The translations under genes were made by a program, and so were the position numbers. Shown one piece after another: positions 57,541 through 64,000 of a stretch of 64,000 nt of DNA. Numbering within the stretch: the first letter of the stretch is position 1; each line of letters starts with the position of its first letter. This DNA comes from the human T2T-CHM13v2.0 reference genome, Homo sapiens: the NCBI RefSeq assembly GCF_009914755.1, contig NC_060931.1; one strand, written 5' to 3'. The notes beneath the pieces were generated by a model. That model worked only from the letters and a program-made list of their open reading frames with translations, searched no databases and was not told the DNA's origin.

Positions 57541-58470
57541 ACCTGAGCTAATTACAGGACTGACATTGCCTCCCTGGTGGGGACTGTATGACAAGGACTA
57601 GCAGAACCCTGTGCACACACTCACGACTTTCACATTTCCACGCCTTTACTCCGCTCTTCAGGCCACTTGGAACACTTCTCTTCCACACCTCTCAGCTTGT
57701 GGAAATGCTTCCCATGCTTCAAATACATCTTGGATATCTCCTTGTCGAAGCCTTTGCTGCTGGGCTCCTGATAAGGAGGGGCTCTGTGCACATAGGCAAA
57801 ATGAATGCATTAATGCCAACTTCATCTTCTTTTCCATTAGGAAGGCTCTAAGGGTGAGGTAAGGATATCTAATAAAATGTGACGAGGGAATTTTGTTTCA
57901 TTCAGCAAACATCCATAGAGCACTTGGCAAAGTCTTGGTAGCATACCAAGGAAGTTGTGTTACCAAGAGGAAGACCCCTAGTGTAAAGCAACTTTCCCCT
58001 GCTTTCTAAAAGAGGCTGTGGCAACACCCATGATGACATCAACCTGTAGGATTTATGCTGCCTGGAGAGAATTACTTCTTGTCTCAGGCAGAACCGGAGA
58101 GGTTCCCAGAGATCTCTTGTCTCTTTCCTGGTCCTGCTCCACGTGGCTGGGAGGGTTGGGGGTAGGTGGGCACTGATGTGGAGTGGACAGTCTCAGAGGG
58201 ACTTATTTGCTGGTAGTTGCTAAACCAGAATAGTCTTCTGGAAGACCATCAGAACTTCTTCCCTCCTTGTTTCCAAGGAGTGAAGGGTCAAAGTAAAGCC
58301 ATTATTGGCATAGTTTCTATTCATTGATTTCCCTGTTAGTAAGTGATGGGTTTGAAATGTGATCCATATGGCTCACAGGGGCCATTGAGCACCTGCTTGC
58401 AGGTGCTATGGAGTCAAAGGTAAACAAGGCACATCCATGGCTGAAAGGTAGCTCACATAACTTAAGTACG

Positions 58471-58815
58471 TGTCTTAGTCCATTCAGACTGCTATAACAG
58501 AATACCCTAAACTAGGTGGCTTATAAACAACAGAAATTTACTTCTCACAGTTCTGGAGGCCGGGAAGGCCAGGATCAGGGCACCTGCAGATTTAGTGTCT
58601 GATGAGAGCCTTCTTCCTCATAGATGGTGCCTTTTCACTGTGCCCGCACATGGTGGAAGGGATGAGGGAGCTCTCTGGGGCTGCTTTTATAGGCACTAAT
58701 CCTGTAATGAAGGGCCAGCTCTCATGAACTAAACACCTTACAAGGGCCCCGCCTCCTAGTACTATTACCTTGGGGGTTAGGATTTGGCAGATACACAAAC
58801 ACTCAGTCCGTAGCA
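58471..58815 (-). mobile_element. MaLR solo LTR (MLT1A/MSTD-like)
   Basis: tgtcttagtccattcagactgctataaca...ctcacagttctggaggc...cagtccgtagca. Confidence 0.85.
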
Positions 58816-60544
58816 GTGTAGAGTGGCATGTATCATGTGGGGGTCATAATGGAGGTGTGTACCTTGTATTGTATGAGATCAGAGGAGGCTGTAGGGTCTG
58901 TTGAGCCTGGGAGTGTCAGAGTATTTCATGGAAGTGTTGGCATCTTTGCCTGGATTTGAAAGATGGATGGGATTTCATCAGGCTGAGAAGGTGGGATAGG
59001 AGGGCACTCCAGGTAGAGGGAACAGCAAGTGCAGAGATAAGAGTAGGGAGAGCGGTTTGGCATCTGAGCTTGGGGACTGAGATCAGAGGCATAGTAAGAA
59101 TCACAAATTTTGGATTTCTGTTTCAAATATTACTGATGTTTATGTGATCACACAGTGACCCAAGGTTGCCAGAACAGACATTTCCTCCCTGCCACATGTG
59201 TCACACAGGCCTGGCTGCCTCCTTTCACCCCTCTCCGGCACTCAGGGAAGTGGCTGCCCACACCCTCCACAGAATCAGGTGCCCATTTGCCCCAGGGCCA
59301 CATGCTTCCCCCAGCCTTCTGCCCACAGCCCTCCTTGACCTGCTTCCTGAGCTCAGCTTGCCAGAGACTGCCTCAGTGCCCCAGCATTGTTTACTGTCTG
59401 TGCAGTGGCTAAGAAGGGGCCAGAATTTATTTATTCTTTCCCCTTGCAAAGATTGTCAGCTCCTGGGTGACAGAAAACAAAACAAAATACGCAAAAAAGC
59501 CTCACCGCCCCGATGGTGCCTCACGAACCCTGCCCTTTCACAGCCAGCCTTGACCTTGGTGGTATCACCGCCTGATCCACTGGGAAAGGAGCTGTTCTGT
59601 TATTTCCTCTGCCAGCTTTCTCTTTCCATGGCTTTGCTTTCCAATTAAAAACACAACAAAGCAAAACAACAATCACGCAACCCCCAAATCCTCTCTGCTC
59701 TTTATCCTCAGGTGGTCAGTGTTTATACTGTTTTTGATTTTAGTTGAGTCATCATTTTTATAGAAACAGCATCATTGCATGTGAAACCATGTGCTTTCTC
59801 TGCCTTGTTCAGGCAGTGATGCCAGAGTAGGCCAGTCCACCATGTCTGTAAGAGCAGAGCTCAGAGACCAACCAGCTGGCAGTGGGTTTGAGGAGGGCTG
59901 GAGGGCGTCTGGGGCTTGGAAAGTAGGCCCTGTCCCTTGCAGCGAAGCACAGACATTAGATGTGATCTGACTGTGTTGCAGGTGATGGGAACAAGTCTGG
60001 CCAGGCAGTTGAAAGTGTGGGCCAGAGCGTCTGGAGAGAAAGTACTAGAGCAGGCAGTGGTCCTAGCAGCTGGTGGCAATATCAGGAAGAAGTGACATGT
60101 GCTATCGGACCAGAGACCTGAGCTCTAGACTGGCAGCCACATGGGACACTGGTTCTTGCAGTCAGACCTGCCTTCAGCCTGCTCCCTTGCCAACCTGCGA
60201 CCCTAGTCTGCCTCCAGCTCATTAACCAAGTCTCCCACCCTGTTGTCTGCAGCTTTCAGTTCTTCCTCTTAACTTCTGCTGTTGTGACGTTAGTTTGGGC
60301 CCTGCGTCTCACCCGGATGGCCATGATCAACCTGCTGATGAATTCCCTGCCTGGAGTCTCCTCATCAGGTCTGCCTTTAGGCCACTGCCAGGTGTCATTC
60401 CCCAAAACACAGTTCTGATCGTGTCATCGCACTATCCGCAGAGCTCTGGTGGTTCCCTCCCTCTTAAGCCTGGCATTTCAAGGCCTCAGTCTTCTCTGCC
60501 TCTCTTGTGCTCTGAATATTTCCTGTAGATTCTTACTTTTTTCC

Positions 60545-60715
60545 CAGTGCTTCAAACCTGAACCCTCAGCAGCATCTACTGGGGAAACGAAACATACGAT
60601 TCTCAGGCTCTACTTTGAGAGACACACACCAGTAAGTTGGGTGCTGGAACCTGAATACTTCATGTTTTAAGCTCTGGCCATGTGACTCTGGAGATGAGCC
60701 GGGCTTAGAATCCTG
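60545..60715. mobile_element. MER5-type hAT relic
   Basis: cagtgcttcaaac...gattctcaggc...cttagaatcc. Confidence 0.5.
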
Positions 60716-60858
60716 TGTCTCTGTCATGCCATTCCTGTACCCTGTGTGCCCTCTGTCATCACCAGGCCTATCTGTTCTTCTTGTTCCAGATCAGTTGTTA
60801 CTTCCTCTTGAGGAGTTCTGTGATTCCAGTAGTCAAAAACAAGTTCTTCTTTTGCCCC

Positions 60859-61436
60859 TGTTTTGGTCAGGGTTCTCTAAAGAGACAGACTCAATATGAT
60901 AGCTAGCTAGCTGGATAGATATAGAGACAGGAGAGGTGATTTATTTGGGGGATTGGCTCTTGTGGTTATAGAGGCCGAGAAGCCCCATGACAGCCCATCT
61001 GCAAGCTGGAGACTCTGGCATGCTGGTAGCATGGCTCAGTCCAAGTCCAAAGGCCTCAGAGCCAGGGATGCCGATGGCATAACTCTCAGTTTGAGGCCAA
61101 AGGCCTGAGAACCGGCGGGGCTGCTGGTGTAAGTTCCGGAGTCCAAAAGCCAGGGAGCCTGGGCTTATTGTTCAAGGACAGGAGAGGAAGAGTGTGTCCC
61201 AGCTCCAGCAGACAGATGGACACATTCACCTTTTCTCTGTTTTTGTTCTTTCCAGACCCCCAGCTGGTTGGATGGTGCCTGCCCACATGGAGGGCCGATC
61301 ATCCCCACCTAACCCACTCAGACTCACATGACAACGTCCTCTAGAAACACCTTCACAGACACTCCCAAAATAATGCTTTACTAGGTTTCTTTTCTAAGTG
61401 TTCTTTAACCAGGCAAGTTGACACCTAACCGTCACA
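60859..61436 (-). mobile_element. MLT2B-like ERVL solo LTR
   Basis: tgttttggtcagggttctct...tctgcaagctggaga...gtccaaaggcctcaga...caagttgacacc...tcaca. Confidence 0.85.
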
Positions 61437-62495
61437 ACCCGCTAGGTTGTCCTGCGGCCTTTCTGCTCTAAGCCATTTGTCTTTTTCCTGCTGGATTACA
61501 GGTTATTTGAGTGTAGAGAATGTATTCATCCACGTGTATCTTGCAGCTTCCAGGAAAGCAACTTAAGCTTAATAGCCGCTCCAATGTGAAAGATATTATG
61601 GAATAAATTGTCAAAAAAGACAGATATTACATTTACTTTTGTGATAGTTTACATCTATAAGGAAAAAATAGGAAAGACTTTTCAGGAATGGTAGCGACAT
61701 GAATACCAATAACCAATTCCATTCTTTAAAAATTTAAAAATGTGAATTTAAACAAGTGGCAATTTTAGTTGTAAAACCATATGTAAGAATTACCTTTTCT
61801 TCTACTCTCTTGCCTGGTGAAGAGAGTCTAAGGCTTCTGAATATATCTGCATTGCCAAGACCTTACCGACTTAACCATATTTAGCACAACATGTGATTTT
61901 ATTGTTCATCTGCAACTATGTTGTCTGTTATATTTGCTTCTGTTCACTACCAGAGACATCAGTTAGCTCAGATTTCTATTAACAGGCATAATGTCATGGC
62001 ACTCCCTGGGATGAAAGAAAGAGAGCAGGAATTAGCCATTTGTAGCTTTTACAGCACCACCTTTATCAATATATTCCCATTTAAAAATATCCTTTTATCT
62101 GCATTGCAAAAATGAAATTATATAGCCATTACCAAAATTAGATAGGAGATTCATTGGATCAGAAGTGCTTTCTTTCTAATCCTTAAATGACCAAAGGGTT
62201 CTTCTTTGATAATTCTATAACAGAGTTAAAATTCCTTTTATCCTGAAATGTTACAGATAGGAGATTAACCTAGTTATGCTTCACCCATGTAAGGAGTGCA
62301 TGTCTCACAGAATCAGGCAACAGCAACAGAGGTGTCTGATGTAGGAAGGTACAGAAGACATGAGACTTTCATGAATTATAGCATGACTCCTTAAATAATA
62401 CAAAAGTACTTTACAAATAATTAGACTATTTTAGACTAGGAACTCTGATTTCCGGTTAAACCTTAAGTTGCTTCCTACTTGTTGATGTGTAATAA

Positions 62496-62858
<363 letters not shown>

Positions 62859-63015
62859 TGAACTTCTTTACAATTTAGTAATATTTTGATCACTTATTAA
62901 TTATGGGCAAGGATGGCAAAATTGAATAGAAATACTAAAGTTAATCAGTAAACATTTGTTATATATCTACCATGCAGGATGTTTTGCAAGGGATTATGAT
63001 TTAAAATAAAATACC

Positions 63016-63339
63016 AGACCAGGCATGTGGCTCAGGCCTGCAATTCCAGCCCTTTGAGGGGCCAAGGCTGGCGGATCGCTTGAGCCCAGCAGTTCGAGAT
63101 CAGCCTGGGCAACACTGCAAAATCCTGTCTCTACAAGAAAATACAAAAGTTAGCTGGGTGTGGTGACATGTGCCTGTTGTCCCACCTACTTAGGAGGCTG
63201 AGGTGGGAGGATCTCTTGAGCCTGGGAGGTCAAGACTGCAGTGAGCCGTGATCATGCCGCTGCATTTCAGCCTGGGCAACAGAGCAAGATTCTGTCTGAA
63301 AAAAATAAAATAAAATAACATAAAATAAAATAAATAAAA
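63016..63339 (+). mobile_element. Alu (AluJ) with (AAAAT)n tail
   Basis: Diverged dimer; aaataaaatacc on both flanks. Confidence 0.93.
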
Positions 63340-63912
63340 TACCTGCCTTCTAATAAGATTACTTTTTAGTGTTGTTATAGGGATGAGATATATATCAAGC
63401 ACCGAACATGGTGAGTACTGAATAAATGCGAGGCAGTGTTTTCAAGGTAACTTCGTGTAACTAACACTTACACAGAATTTCAGAGAGAATAAGATAATTC
63501 AGACATATTAGTAATATTTGATAAACAGAGATTTCACTCTTTCCTCAACATAGTGTTCTGAGATTGAAATGAAGAGAAATATGTCAGTACATGAAAACTG
63601 TGAGTGTTTACTTTCAACTGTGAAAACGAAGCCAGATTTGGAACTAGTAAGGTATTCATCACAAAAATAGAACCTAATTATATGTAATTGAAGATAGGGC
63701 TTGATGCATGGCACTTATTTTAGAGATTCAAACATGTAAAATAAGGGTGACAGTGGTTTTTGAAGGTGCTTTAAATTTTATATCCATCTCAAAAATCTTA
63801 CACATGCTATATATACTTAAATAGACCAAATTCATTCTCATTAACCCACAAACAGCAATAGAAAGGCTCTGGGCTAGGAGAGAAACTGAGGTTTAGGTAA
63901 AAATTTTGCCAC

Positions 63913-64000
63913 TGTGGCAAGTTGAATAATGTCCCCCCAAATTTATGTCCATCCAGAACCTTAGAATGTGATCTTGTGATCTCATTATGCAAATTGGGCA
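63913..64000 (+). mobile_element. 5' end of an MLT1 LTR (runs off window)
   Basis: tgtggcaagttgaataatgtccccccaaa...cagaaccttagaatgtgatctt. Confidence 0.7.

Noticed and set aside
59155-59648. 160-aa ORF in unique sequence
   Set aside because: No recognisable domain or exon structure; consistent with a chance ORF in a moderately GC-rich patch

Overview
Human (or very close great-ape) genomic DNA at the 5' end of CHN2 (beta2-chimaerin, a Rac-GAP). A CpG-island promoter (~5.9-7.25 kb) carries the 49-nt first coding exon (MAASSNSSLSGSSVSS-[D], donor G|GTGAGT at 6800/6801). The rest of the window is the start of the very long intron 1, and I found no exon 2. The intron holds a sense-oriented, near full-length processed NANOG pseudogene (most likely NANOGP4) with recognisable target-site duplications (TSDs). 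The window also holds 14 Alu elements or fragments, several L1s (one with a twin-priming inversion), MaLR/ERVL/ERV1 solo LTRs, hAT and Tigger DNA transposons, L2/MIR relics and microsatellites. I found no convincing previously undescribed biological system. The best leads are: a strong-Kozak Arg-rich uORF just upstream of the CHN2 start; signs of bidirectional or antisense transcription in the island; the NANOG retrocopy as a fossil of the ancestral 3' UTR; a very young AluYa-lineage insertion; a four-level nested insertion ending in a (TTC)n/(TCG)7 repeat; and a local ~130-bp duplication with a hairpin at its edge. Repeat subfamily names are by eye from remembered consensus sequences, and old-repeat boundaries are approximate.
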